Assembly (NCBI GenBank): GCA_030141605.1
Contig: JAQGDQ010000454.1
Span: 1 to 64,000, forward strand
Source of the DNA: Tubiluchus corallicola
Lineage: Eukaryota > Animalia > Priapulida
Reading direction: 5' to 3'
Length of the DNA: 64,000 nt
Shown in pieces: positions 12,865-25,230 of the stretch (position 1 is its first letter; every line of letters starts with the position of its first letter). The position numbers and the translations under genes were made by a program. Below the pieces are notes generated by a model. It was not told the origin of the DNA. It searched no databases and saw nothing but the letters and a program-made list of their open reading frames with translations.

Positions 12865-13293
12865 GCGGGATGCCCACACTGTATCTCGACAGTAGGCGGA
12901 GGAGAGCTGCACAAGCAGCCAACGGCTAGAGGGCGGAGGAGGTCAAGTAACCCAACGGCCATGTGTAGAGGAGTACACCTTCCAAATCAGGAGTGGAGCC
13001 CCGAAGGCGGACCAGTGCAGCATGCTCACTGACTCTAGCAGCTCCTGCAGCCAACCTGGTGCCAAACGTATCGCTCCGCTTTCCTTTGGACTACACCAGG
13101 GAGGAAGAGAGGTTGTTCCTGTTGTCTGGGCAACTCAGGATCTCCATACACCTTGCCCAGGCGTGCGCCCTGGAGACGTTCAAGGATCGCACTGCTCAGC
13201 CACAGTCGACGACGCTGCAGCTCCTTCAATTGATCAATAACTGATTCTCTTGGCGTGCACTCCATTGTATTCCGAGACAGAAGGATGTCAACA
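12751..13293 (+). mobile_element. 5S rRNA-derived SINE (SINE3-type) inserted in (TA)n
   Basis: 5S head, then ~430-nt GC-rich body with no TTTT run; (TA)n on both sides. Confidence 0.85.
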
Positions 13294-13364
<71 letters not shown>

Positions 13365-13884
13365 CTTTATTTGTTTAAAGAGGATGATTAACAAAACAGT
13401 AGTACCTGATTCAAGTCTCTCCACAGTGCAGGTGCAAGTGAGTTAGTGCAATAAAACATCAGTGCTAATATAACATCTTTAAGATTTTCAAGCAAATAAT
13501 ATTAAGTAGGCTTACATATATCATCTGGGCATTAAACAACGCAGTAAATCATCTAAATTAATCAATACATGAACTGATTATAAATCACCGTTACCGAGAA
13601 TATTAGCTGGTTATCTAACTGCCTACCTGATGTTCTTGTCTAAAATGGTTGCTAAACATCAACTATGCAATTTGTGGTTTGTTTGCTTAGTGTTTTTGTT
13701 GTTGTTTAGTTGTAGTGTAATGAACAAACAACGTTGATTCCACTTCACGTTGTAAGGACAATTTTCTGTTTCTAAGACGTTTTAGAAAATGGCTACTCTT
13801 TATAAAAAGGAACTCATTAGATCACATTGGTGATATTACACGCTTAGAGTCACTATGACGTCACAATGGAACATCTGGCAGTAT

Positions 13885-14205
13885 TCTTCTTCTTCTTCTT
13901 CAAAATCTCATTTCACCTATTGTAGGTATTGAGGCATCAACATTTATTAGAGTATTCCACCCACTTCTATCTGCAACTAACAGCGCAAGTTTTTCTACTC
14001 CTAAAGATAGATTTGGTTGAAGTTGATGAACATCTTTATTTATCTTAGCTATCCAAGTTGTTTGTGACTTAGCAGGTGGTTTTTGCAAGGTTTTAAGGCT
14101 TCTTTTAAGCAATTCTTACTGTGGCTTCACTTGGTAATCTTTGAAGATGTCCTTGCCACCTTAATCTTCGGATCTTGACTTTTGAACTCCAAGGAATTTC
14201 TTTCG
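13885..14205 (-). mobile_element. RTE-clade LINE 3' end
   Basis: Minus strand PWSSKVKIRRLRWQGHLQRLP...KSQTTW...VADRSGW...* followed by (GAA)n tail. Confidence 0.85.
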
Positions 14206-14413
14206 TTCCAGGGTGTAAAATATATTATGGTCTAGCCAATAACATATACACACCTTATCAATGCACGTTGTTTACTGTGGTGTTTCCATAGAAACATGGG
14301 GAGTTCATACGGTTTACGTCATCACAGGCATTGAGATGATTAATAGTAATTAGCACATGCATAATTAGCGAAACAGATCAATCGGGTTGTCGTTCCTAGG
14401 CCGGATTTTTTTC

Positions 14414-14770
14414 AATAAGCGTTTTCACAGTTTCGCTATACGCAGGTCAAAGGTTAAGTGTACCACGTCTTAACTGCTACTGTCACGTGACATGCGGGTA
14501 AAGCAAAACATCAGTTCAGTAACTTCAGTTGTTTCACGTGGACTTTACTAATTATACATTAGTCTGTGCATAGTGTAATTTACTAGCAGGATCTTGCTTG
14601 AAAACAAGAAAAAGTGAACTAGGTAAGGTTCTAGCTAGCTGTTAAAACTCTACTGCAATAGCATGGGCTGCGAGGCATTATCAAGTGTACACAAATGTGT
14701 TGTCTGGTACACTTAACCTCTGACCTTTTCACGATTATCATCAATCGCTGGAACTGTGAAAAGGCTTATT
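14414..14770 (+). mobile_element. Family D MITE (AATAAGCCTTTTCACAGTT TIRs, nested internal IR)
   Basis: Terminal IRs plus inner IR GGTCAAAGGTTAAGTGTACCA; 5 copies in window. Confidence 0.88.
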
Positions 14771-15369
14771 CTTTGGATCCTATTAGTAAGGCTTATGATT
14801 ATTTAGGCTTATTACTGCAAGACACACTTTCCAGCAATTTAAGAATTTGCTTGGACTTTACTAAAGTACAACAGATTCTATTATGTTAGCATTTTATTTC
14901 ATTTTACCAAACACTAGGGGGCGTAAAACAAGGAGACATCACATTACTGTGTCATTGTCGTCGTCACGGTCACTGCCACCGCCATCATCATTTAGAGAAT
15001 TGAATTCAATTGAATTTATTGACTAGCAGGGATAAAGCTTATCGATAATACATCGCGTACAAAGCTGTAAAGAGTTAGTTTCCAAGTCAAAATCAAAATC
15101 TGTAACGATGAGTCTAAATAGTCACACTGATAAAAACACAGGCTTACAATGAGCGAAGTGATTACAACAAAATTATGTCAGATAGTTAAAGGAAGAACCA
15201 AACGTCGAACAACATTTATTGCATTTTAGTGTACAACTAAAAATATAGATATTACAAGACATGCGTATAGAACGCTTTGCTTAAAAATGTGAAAGATATT
15301 TAAATATTTCGTGTGTCCCACGAAACAAACGTAGATGCCGGCATATTTGAAAAAAAATGACGTTTGCTG

Positions 15370-15400
15370 ATGAATGCTCGGCAGCGTGAATGTTGTGAAG
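15370..15400 (+). CDS. Candidate alternative first exon (MNARQRECCE, phase 1)
   Basis: 31 nt from ATG to AAG|GTAAGC; in-frame stop upstream. Confidence 0.3.
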
Positions 15401-16370
15401 GTAAGCTGTGTGAAGGTAGGCGTTGCAAAATTTCTACAGTTTGCTTTTGTGTTTAACTGTTTTTATCTAGAAATTAATCATTCAATTATGATCATTGCTT
15501 TGTTTGGTTGCATTGCTTTAACCCACAGGGTTACACCTTAAAATGTGTAAGTCATTAACATCAATTGTGCAAATAATTAATTTACAGATTTATGTTCAGT
15601 GATAGATATGCATGTAAACTTGCCAGGACGTAGTAGGTACCGGACTATTTATTTAGTTTATAGAGTTCGCTCTATAAGTTAAAAAAGATTCTGAAGTATC
15701 TGGCGGGATAAGTTTTTAAATTGCACGGAACCGGATCTAAAATGAGCGCCTCCAAGCGTGAAGTAATCACGACTTTGAATTAATTTTACCAATTACACGA
15801 CATGCTTATCACAATTTTTGGTAATTATACGAGATGCTTATCAAAATTTTATTGCTGAAACTTTCTAACATTTTTCCTAAATATTAAAATAACCTCAACA
15901 TCCCGAGAGACTTGGCTTTTGGTTTAAAATATGAAAAGTATGACAAATATAACATTCAAATAAAATGAAGAACTAAATTATGAGACTTATTTCTAGACAA
16001 TTCTAAGATCAAATGATATGAACAGATTGCAGAATGCTAAATTTTGGTCGAATGTTGATTTAGAAAAAAATTAATTCTAGTATCATATAGGTTCACCTAC
16101 AATACTTCAAGTACATTTACAATCTTGGCTACTTCGCCCAGTCCACAGTTTTTAAATCTATGGTTTGTTGATTTGCTTGAGTATCGTATGGCAGGCGTTG
16201 ACCCAGCTCTCTTCTGCACTGTAGTATCAGCCTTCAGGTTTGTGCCGAAGGTTATTAAAGGAAACTGAAAACTGGAAACCGATCCAGTGATTTATGATAA
16301 TGATATGGTTTAGGAGACATGAGGGATCTAGGGAAGTGAAATATCTCTTTTTCAAGGTTTTTCTTTACTT

Positions 16371-16497
<127 letters not shown>

Positions 16498-16879
16498 ATT
16501 ACGAAAGACAGAAACGTTTTTAGCTAACACATGTTTGTTTAATAAAGGGAAACTCCTGCTGGAATTACCTTTTACTAAAACCTAATTTCCTTCAATAGTG
16601 TACATTAAAATAGGTTATACTGGAAAACTTTTGGCAATTTGTAGGCAGATGTGAATTATTTTACAAGGGGTTTTAAACTCATTTAGCAGTTTAACAATCA
16701 GTTTATTGCGTTTTGGGACAGCAACACCGAGAAGTCGGTTGCTACGATTTGACCTTGAACTTTGAACCCTTACTTTTTTAACTTTTGTTTATTTCTGTTG
16801 GCACATTATATTAATGCTAGATCATCTGTTTTGACAAAAAGACAGATTAGTACATTCCAATGCTATTTGAAAATTTACG

Positions 16880-17120
16880 TCTTACTTGCTTGTTTATGTG
16901 TTTACTTCTTTGCTTACTTACTTACTTACTTACTTGCTTGCTTGCTTGCTTACTTACTTACTTAATTACTTACTTACTTACTTACTTACTTACTTGCATA
17001 CTTACTTACTTATTTACGTACTTACTTACTTATTTACTTTCTTACTAACTTGTATGCTTGCTTGCTTCCCTCCTTACTTACTTATTTACTTACTTACTTA
17101 ATAATAATTTACTTGCTTCT
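16880..17120. repeat. (TTAC)n/(TTGC)n tetranucleotide repeat
   Basis: Visible array; source of the LLTY ORFs. Confidence 0.95.
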
Positions 17121-17188
17121 ATAAATCATCAATTTAGTATTTTTTATTTTCGCTCTGCTTCCCACTAGCAGATGGTTGAGAGATGATG

Positions 17189-17342
17189 ATCACTATGGCA
17201 ACAATTTCTGTTTGCAGACTTACTAGTCAGAACCAACAACTTGCCGATAATTTATCGAGCTTGTTAAAATATATTTTTGTTATTTAACCTCCGACAGATT
17301 TTTTCCGCCGTATCCTCAAAATTAGAGACGAGGTCACGTGAC
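17189..17342. promoter_or_regulatory. Promoter-like motifs: X-box-like ATCACTATGGCAAC and palindromic E-box GTCACGTGAC
   Basis: 17189-17202 and 17333-17342, upstream of the candidate exon ending at 17646. Confidence 0.4.
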
Positions 17343-17504
17343 CTGGGTTATCGGCGAATAAGAAATGGAAATGATTGCTAGTATTAATTTTGCCTGGTTT
17401 GTTTGTGTTGCGAGGTTGAATCATATTGAAATGTGTGAGCAGCCACGGGTGAATAAGTGTGCCAGTGAGAAATACAGGGTATGTAGAGATTTACCTTTTT
17501 GACT

Positions 17505-17646
17505 ATGCAAGCAGAAATTACGAGCAGAAAGGGCAAGCGCGTGAAAAGGGGAAGAATGCTCTTTTGTGTGAACGTAGCCGCGGTACAACACTTTCCAACT
17601 CGCAAGAAAAAATCCAGGAGGATGGTGCATTTCCAGAAGAGCGCTG
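17505..17646 (+). CDS. Candidate alternative first exon (MQAEITSRKGKRVKRGRM...MVHFQKSA, phase 1)
   Basis: 142 nt open from ATG to CTG|GTGAGT; two more in-frame ATGs (one gaggATGG). Confidence 0.45.
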
Positions 17647-18181
17647 GTGAGTTCGCTGTCACGTTTACCTAAATAATCAAAAAAGCTATTTATTTGAAAG
17701 TGGGTACTAATTTCTTATTTAATTGCAGTGGTGACTCCCACGACATTTCTTGTACTGTTAACGAAATGTTTTCTTTTCCGGATTAAAGTGTCAGTCTCCA
17801 GTGACATTTCAATGCTTTCTCGGTAGGTGGCAGTACTATACACGGTGGCGACATGTGCTTGAGTTGTTGCCGTAGTAATTGACAAAATTTCTTTTTCAAA
17901 CTTATTAGTTTTAAAGAATTGTCTCCATGTTTTCAAACCGCCACCTCTCGCTTTGGCATTAGGCTAAGAAAGCTCGTCTAGTGCTTGTAAGTAGTTTATA
18001 CTATGATTATCAAACAAATTATGTTTGTTCAAATGTTCTTTGTGTGTACATAAACATACTAAGTAGCTAGTATGTACGGAATTTAGAGGTGAATAACCTA
18101 AGAAAATTATTCCTTATCAGAACTGATACTTTCGGGATTCCGGGAAGTTGCACAAGACGGCGAGAAAAACCACTCAGCAGC

Positions 18182-18760
18182 TTTAGGAAAACTGGACCCC
18201 ATCTTAAATTATAGCTCAAAGCAATTTACTTTACTATTTCTTCAGAATGACTTATGTGAAAGAATTATTACGACAGAAACATAATTTTGCGTACCTGCGG
18301 CTAGTTACATGCATTTTGCAATTCTTTAGTTAGATGGTACTGGCGCCGCATAGCACAAAAAGTTTGGAAGTATTCAGTTGTGACGTAGTGCACACATTCA
18401 AGAGCTCATGCGTGAGCAAAGCGGTAAACTTGAAATTCGAATTTTAGACTTAAAAGTTGCCGATTTTTTGTTAATCACACTGAATGTTGAACAGTAGCAC
18501 TGTACTTCTATTTTTACTTTCGCAAACACACGCAACATGCTCGTAAAATTTTTGTGCTGTTAAAAATTATATTCCGTTGTGATTTCATTATTAGCTTTGG
18601 CTGAGCCAAACTATCTAACCTTAACTAATTTAATTTACTATTATTTAACTTTTTATTAATTATCAGAAATGCTTTGATATTATTATAGGTGTTAAAAATG
18701 TATATAAATATTATACCTTTACCGTATTTCAAAATGTGGTAGGATATGAAAAACCATCAC
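18182..18760 (+). mobile_element. Kolobok-like MITE family B, old degenerate copy
   Basis: Colinear but diverged match to 49240-49860. Confidence 0.7.
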
Positions 18761-18799
18761 TTTGCATGTAACTACTTTATCTCATAATCTAGCTTACTT

Positions 18800-19480
18800 T
18801 TCCAGCTAATACGCCCCAGCATTTATATTTGGCTACACGAATTATTTCTCACTGTCGAAAGATGAATTTGATTAATCCAAGGGCGTGTTAGATATGTTTT
18901 GCGTACCATTCTCATTCCAAAAAGCTTTCTTATATAATTTCGCATTATGTGTAAACGAAATTATTGCTAAAAAGTCACAAGTACATATAAAATAACTGTG
19001 TAACAGCGAACACACCCCAAAATTAGTGAATCAACAAGAATAATGCATACTCGGATATAAAGTTGGAACACAGACGGACCGAGTATTGAGCCTTGTTGCA
19101 CACAGCAATCTAGCATGGAGTTTTGCTGTTTATTTCTTATGAAGCTCGTAACTAGTACAATAGTAGCATACAGTAACAACCAAGAAAATGAACCAATGAA
19201 AATTCTGTCATTCATAATAATAAAAATGAGCAAATTCAGCATTTTTATGTATCTAGTTTTAAATTTCTCTGTATAAGTTGCAGCATTTGTTAAATTTGTT
19301 TCTAAGTTTGCAAATCTCAAGTTTGTAAGGATCCTAAGAAATTGATTCTACTAACACAATCGAAGTAATTATAAATGTTCTGATTTGTGCCATATGGCGA
19401 GGAGTTTTGACAAACACCGGAAGTTTGGTTTTAAGGGTTTTAAGAAATGCTGATCCTCATTTGTATGCCGGTTACACCTT
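18800..19480 (-). mobile_element. Degraded CR1/L2-type reverse transcriptase fragment
   Basis: ORF 18967..19320 contains VQQGSILGPSVFQLYI, matching the RT GVPQGSILGPLLFxxYI motif. Confidence 0.65.
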
Positions 19481-19686
19481 ATGATATATAACTCAGGTGA
19501 GCAATTATTTCCCTGCTCAGGTGTTTTCTACTCACAACTCAGTGGCAAACCTGAATTTTAGTGGCTTTTAATTATTTCTGCTGCTTTTACTATGAACAAG
19601 GTCGAGAGAAGGACGTGTGAGTAATTATAATATCGTCTGCTCCATTGAAAACAAATTGCGATTGGGACTTAATTTCGTGTGGCGCT

Positions 19687-20363
19687 TTAAACCACAAGAA
19701 AACCCTCCACTTACATAAAGCTTTAAAAGTTCGTTTTGAAATTTGATACCACTTACGTACTGCCTTTTTGCATATTAGACTTCCGTCGCCAGTAACGCTG
19801 TACAAAACGTGTAAATTTAAACTCCTGTGATGACCGTTAGACACTGCCATTTTGACGATAAGTCATTTGAAACAAGTTTAGATAACATTGTGTAAAGTTT
19901 GAAAAAATAATCAGAGCATTCGTTGCGCATACGTCCCTAACTAAATAAAATTTAAAATTACTATATATTGCCAATAATATTAAAAATACGTTTGTTGGTT
20001 AGTGGGTGCTGCACCCTGGAGGTGAGTCAGCGACATTTTACCAAATTAATAATTAATAATTTTCTTTTCTAGTTACGTAAGTTTTTCCAACAGGTAAGCG
20101 AAATTCTAAGTAATATAATTTTGCATGGAAAACTTTTTGGGACATAATTTAACATTTCTTTTTCTTCCCCTGATTTACGTTTGCATAGTGACGTCATGTA
20201 ATGGCGCCGTTAGAACAGTATTGTGGGATATTTAAAACGAAGACGAACAAAAATTCCTTTTAACACGCGTACGATATATGCATAAAATTCCTGTAAAGTA
20301 ATATATTTTTTCAGGCGATTTTTCTGAAATCTACGTCAGGGTACCCCTTTTCTTGTCCTTTAA
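19687..20363 (-). mobile_element. Kolobok-like MITE family C, full length
   Basis: TTAA at both ends; TIRs intact. Confidence 0.9.
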
Positions 20364-20969
20364 TGTCTTAATAGTTGTAAAGCGAGAGTGACCCTCTTGG
20401 TGCATCATGGACGCCGAGATTGGCCAACCTCACTGCTGTGAATGCTTAAAGGTTCGCCATGCTTGTGTGCTGCCTCCATCCTGTTGTTTATTGCGATTTT
20501 GTTATCAATTTTACTAAATTCTTTTAGGGAGTTATAAAGTGAAATGTGAAAAATAAACTTGTCGTAAAGTGAAACTAATGAACATATTTCATCGGGCAAG
20601 CTAATTCGTTACTTTCTATGTAAATTTATTTTAAGTGGATTGACATACAGTAATGTTACTGATCGGAGTTTTTCCACTGTAACAAATACATTTTAGTTGA
20701 GAACAGATATACACAACTGGTTATCAAGAATGTAGTTACATAGATAGTTAGTTCAAAAACAAGTAATTCATTAGTTAACACTTAAAATTATAATATACAA
20801 AGCTCACAGAGTACAGAAGAGGACCACAAACAATTATCCTTGTACATGATCGTATTAGTTATGCAACAAAAGTATGATTGCTCGATAACTGGTGTTTAAT
20901 TCAAAAGTCCAAAATTCAACACAATTCACGTTAATTGAATATAAAATTACACTTACAATCAATTAGTAT

Positions 20970-21248
20970 AATTTCGGTATTTCGAATTCGAACTAAATTC
21001 TAATTGAGATTGAAAGATTTTCGAGCAAGTTTTCGAACCACCAATGAAAGTTAGTCTTACAAAGATCATTCATTTTAAAAGATTTTGTTCTGCAGTAAAA
21101 CCACTACGATTTGTTAAAAAATTGTGCGCCGAAATCACGGCTAAATTATTCTAATTGCATGATGTTTCAATCGTTTTAGCGATAAAGAACGCATGAGGTT
21201 GAAGTGCTGAATTCGGTTTGAATTCTTACGTTCGATGCTGACTCCTAC
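20970..21248 (-). mobile_element. Partial copy of the TAGGGGTGAG hAT MITE
   Basis: Reverse complement of ~12056-12370. Confidence 0.75.
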
Positions 21249-22407
21249 TCGTCGTTACTTTGAACATCCTAGCTGCTATTTTGAACCAAAAAATTGTAAA
21301 AAAGAACCATTAACATGTGGAGCTGGTACACGCAGTTAAACACTGTGTCAAATTTTTATTGCTTTATGGATTAAATTCACGTTACCTTGCATTATTTCAG
21401 TAATAATTTACCCAGACAGCGGCAACAACATCATAAACAAACAGTTATTGTAAAACTACATTAACGTGGTGACGTCTGTAGACAATGGACAGCAAGCATT
21501 CTAAGGTGGTTTCCCTTTAAATAGCTTTTTTTAGCGACAGATGACTCTGTAATCGTGTCAACAAATCGTGCTAACACGTTTTGTTATCAGAATGAGATTT
21601 TTGAATAATAAAAGGGAATTTTGTTCGAAATTTTTATGATAAATGATTTCAGAGTTCAATGATACTGCAAAATAAATTTTTCTTTTGTGTGAACTGTTTT
21701 GATTGGTTCACTCTGCACAAGAATAATGAAATAATTCAAGGGTGAGATCAAGGTGTTGCATAACATTGCCATACGAACCATAAATCTGTGGTTCAAGCTG
21801 CTGACATACACTGCTGTCAGTCATAGATAATACATTGCTGCCAGCTTTGCTTTGTTGAAAGCATGCTCTCATGTTTATTCAACAGCTTATACAACGATTC
21901 TCACCACGTGTAAAAGGGTCTCTTTATGTAAGAAAGAAGCGGTAATATTTCAATGCACAGACCGAAAATTTCTTTATAATAGAACTCTGAATTTAAAATT
22001 TATTATTGGCACATTCATTGTACTACAATTACATACACACAACAAAACAACAACAAAATACAAAAGTACAAAGTTGAGCTATTACATTATAGGTATAGCG
22101 CCAAAAAACACACGTAACAAATCGCAAATTTAGATAATTTTAGTATAGATACAAAGAGCGTATCATGAAAAATAATAAATAAAGTTATCAATATTTACGT
22201 GTTAGTACTATTTACTCTTTTTTAGACACTTAAAAATGTAATGCGCGACTATTTTGAATATATTGCTGTCCTAACCTCCCCCGCATTATGAATTTTAGCT
22301 TTTCGTTGTCGTTCAAGTTAATGAAATTGCTATTGATGCTTGTTATATGAGAATAAAAAGATTGTCTTAACCAGTTGCAGAATATATAATATATAAACTT
22401 TATTTAA

Positions 22408-22841
22408 ACTCCAAATCAAAATCGTCCATAAGTCGACATACTTAAATATACGTTAAGATGCTTCAAAGTAGAATGACCCAAAAATTTGGTCAAATGTCAT
22501 TTTTTTATTTTTCATAAAAACAAACGCTAAACATATTGGACTTTTATATTCTAGGGTCAAATTATCAAGAAAGTGTTCAAAAAATACTAAAAATTTGATT
22601 TTATAACTCTGCACCCAGTTTTCTGGCTAATAACTAGCACTGCACTGAAACGTGACAAAAAACAATGGCAAACTTTAACAGTGATTCTCTTATGCTTCTG
22701 TTTTTCAATGCACCTCAAATTCATGGATTATCTCAGCTTAGAAATAACATAGAGTGATGAACTTGGTAGCAAAATGGTCCTCATGGAATGGAGATTCAGG
22801 ATAAGGAATAACTAGAAAAGCTTAATTGACGACTTATGAAT
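22408..22841 (-). mobile_element. Family A element, copy 2 (internally deleted)
   Basis: GTCCATAAGTCGACA ... TGACGACTTATGAA; reverse of 7900-8488. Confidence 0.8.
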
Positions 22842-23631
22842 GTTTATGATCTGAGTTTATGAACAATGTCGTTAATAATATCGTTAATAATGTTTTTACA
22901 ATTTTTGGATCCGGAACGAAGTGTAGCAAAACTAGAACTTATGTTATTGTTGAAGTTGCTGTTGTTGTCACACTTATTTTTGAAAGCTATCAGAGGACAC
23001 AGTTTTCATCGAATGAGGCTGAAAATTTTGCATGAAGACACTGCAGCCGGATTATTTTTATCCCCAGTACGGCCCTAAAAATAATAAATACTAATGTATA
23101 ACTCTACAACTAGACAATAAAACATACCTAAATAACAAATAGCTGAAGTTATAAAGCCAGAACCAAATCCAGATTACAATAGAAAAAAGCTTACTTTTAA
23201 TTACTTTAAATTACCTTAAATACTTATAAATTTTTCACTACAGATGGGGCATTTCAAAAAGACGACCCGATTATTTTCATCCCAAGTACGGCCCTAAAAA
23301 TAATAAGACCGTTATATAGGTCACATTGTTTGATTGTTGAGGTTTTTATTATTCTCACTTATAATTGGATCTGCCTCAACAATGCGTAGTGCAAATTTTT
23401 GCGAAAAACGAATTCCATAGCAACAGGAAACAGACATCACCAGGCCAGACACGATTTATTTACAAATCTCTGCACAGTTTTGTCTGCTTTTAACCAACCA
23501 CAAACGTTTGCAGCTTTGCAACAAATGAACTTAGGCGTCTGTTTCTACATGGAATTGTTCTTCCCTAGAAAATTCTGTTAACACTCAAATTTTTGTATTA
23601 ATGCAGTTGATTATTGCAAACATTAAGCGCT

Positions 23632-24244
23632 TTAAAGGAAGACAGGATGATTTTTCATATACTACCCCATTTTCATGTATTATAAAAATGTACATTTTTA
23701 AGTAATTAATACTACAAAAGCGTTTCTGATAATTAAATAATAGATTAAAAACTTAATTAACAGCGAGCGAGCCCAACTAGTAATGACATCACAAACTAAC
23801 ATGATTTTCAACAGCGAAAATAGTCTATAAGCGTGTTGCACGTGTTTGCGAAAACGAAAATTGAAGTACAGTATTACTATAAGATATTCTATGTGTTGTA
23901 TTAAAACTTGGCAAGCTTCAAATTTCAAATTTACCGCTGTGCTCACACATGAGCTGTCGAACGTGTGTAGTTCGTCAGAAACTAACATATCTGAACTGAG
24001 AGGTACAACACCGGTTTTTGTGCAATGTTTCCGAAATGCAGGCACTAGTGCCCGTCTAACTAGCGAATGACATAATTCCATGTAACAACGAAGAACTAGT
24101 GACGCGAACGTGAAATTGTGTTTGTGTGGTAATAATTCTTTCACGTAAATCATTTTTGGAAAAAAATGGTACGTTTTCTCTCAATATTTTAAAGAGTAGA
24201 TTGTTTTGACCTATAGTTTAAGATTGGGTCCGGTTTTGCTTTAG
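23632..24244 (-). mobile_element. Kolobok-like MITE family B, full length
   Basis: TTAA|AGGAAGACAGG ... CCGGTTTTGCT|TTAG. Confidence 0.9.
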
Positions 24245-24477
24245 CTTAATAAGAACCGAGCGAATTAGACTTGCCGAGCCTGGGCTCATTAATGCTTTCA
24301 TTCAATTCTGCTTAATATTCATAGCTTATTCCGTGCAGTATTCATGGTTTTCTAACAAGTTTTTCTGCTGTAGACTTGTAAGCTTGTAATATGGGATTAA
24401 CATTCTTGAATAATCATGATATCGTACACGCCCTGCAATTGCTCTGAATACAATGAAATTAATACTTCATAAAATAC

Positions 24478-25230
24478 TTAACCCTTTCCCGCTCGCACGC
24501 ACGAGTTTTGTGTCTGATTTGTGGTTAACCACCCAACCACTTCAGGCTTTTTGTGCGGTCATACGTTCTACAAGTGTGAGGGCCTGCTGAAAGCTCGTCG
24601 TTATGGCGAGACGGAAATTACTCTTATCTTATTACCAAGGATAAACAATTTGGTTGAATCGGTTGGTTGAAACGTCTTGTTTGAATCGGATAAATAGATT
24701 ACCCATGAGCAGTATGGCAGACGAAACAGCTTAAAATTAATATCGAGTCGTGTGGCAATGCATCTAGTTACAAACCAAGCATTTTGCTGCTTAACTACAG
24801 TTGCTGAGGAACCAAAATAACCACAAGGCTATTCATCTCTCCCCATCGGCTTCGATGGTAGGAAAGAAACGAATTAGGCCAATGTATGTAAGAACAAGAC
24901 ATACCAATAAATTAAATAATTCTAAAAAATTCTTAGCACATTGTTTAGAATCACTAAAACAACGAGCCGGTAGTGATGCTTCAGCCTGCTTGAATGGGTA
25001 AATAACCTACCAATGACAGTATGGCAGACGAAACAACTCAAAATTAACATCGAATCATGTGGCATCTAGTTGCAGACTAGGCATTTTGCTGCTTAACTTC
25101 AGTTGCTGAAATATCACAATGACCACTGGGCTATTCATTCCTCCCCAACGGCTGCCATGGTAAGAAGGAAACGAAAAAGGTCAATGTATGTAATAACAGC
25201 ACTCTGAAAATGAATTAAATAATATTATGA
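24478..25230. mobile_element. Possible piggyBac-like MITE (24478-25002) with ~230-bp tandem duplication (24700-24930 / 25005-25230)
   Basis: TTAA|CCCTTTCC at left, GAATGGG|TAAA at right (weak TIR); duplicated block CAGTATGGCAGACGAAACA... Confidence 0.45.

Noticed and set aside
12993-13244. ORFs in the GC-rich block (83 aa and 72 aa)
   Set aside because: Non-ATG or weak starts inside the SINE body; openness explained by GC content
20380-20700. CR1-like 3' end on the minus strand (LPDEIC)
   Set aside because: Too degraded to call
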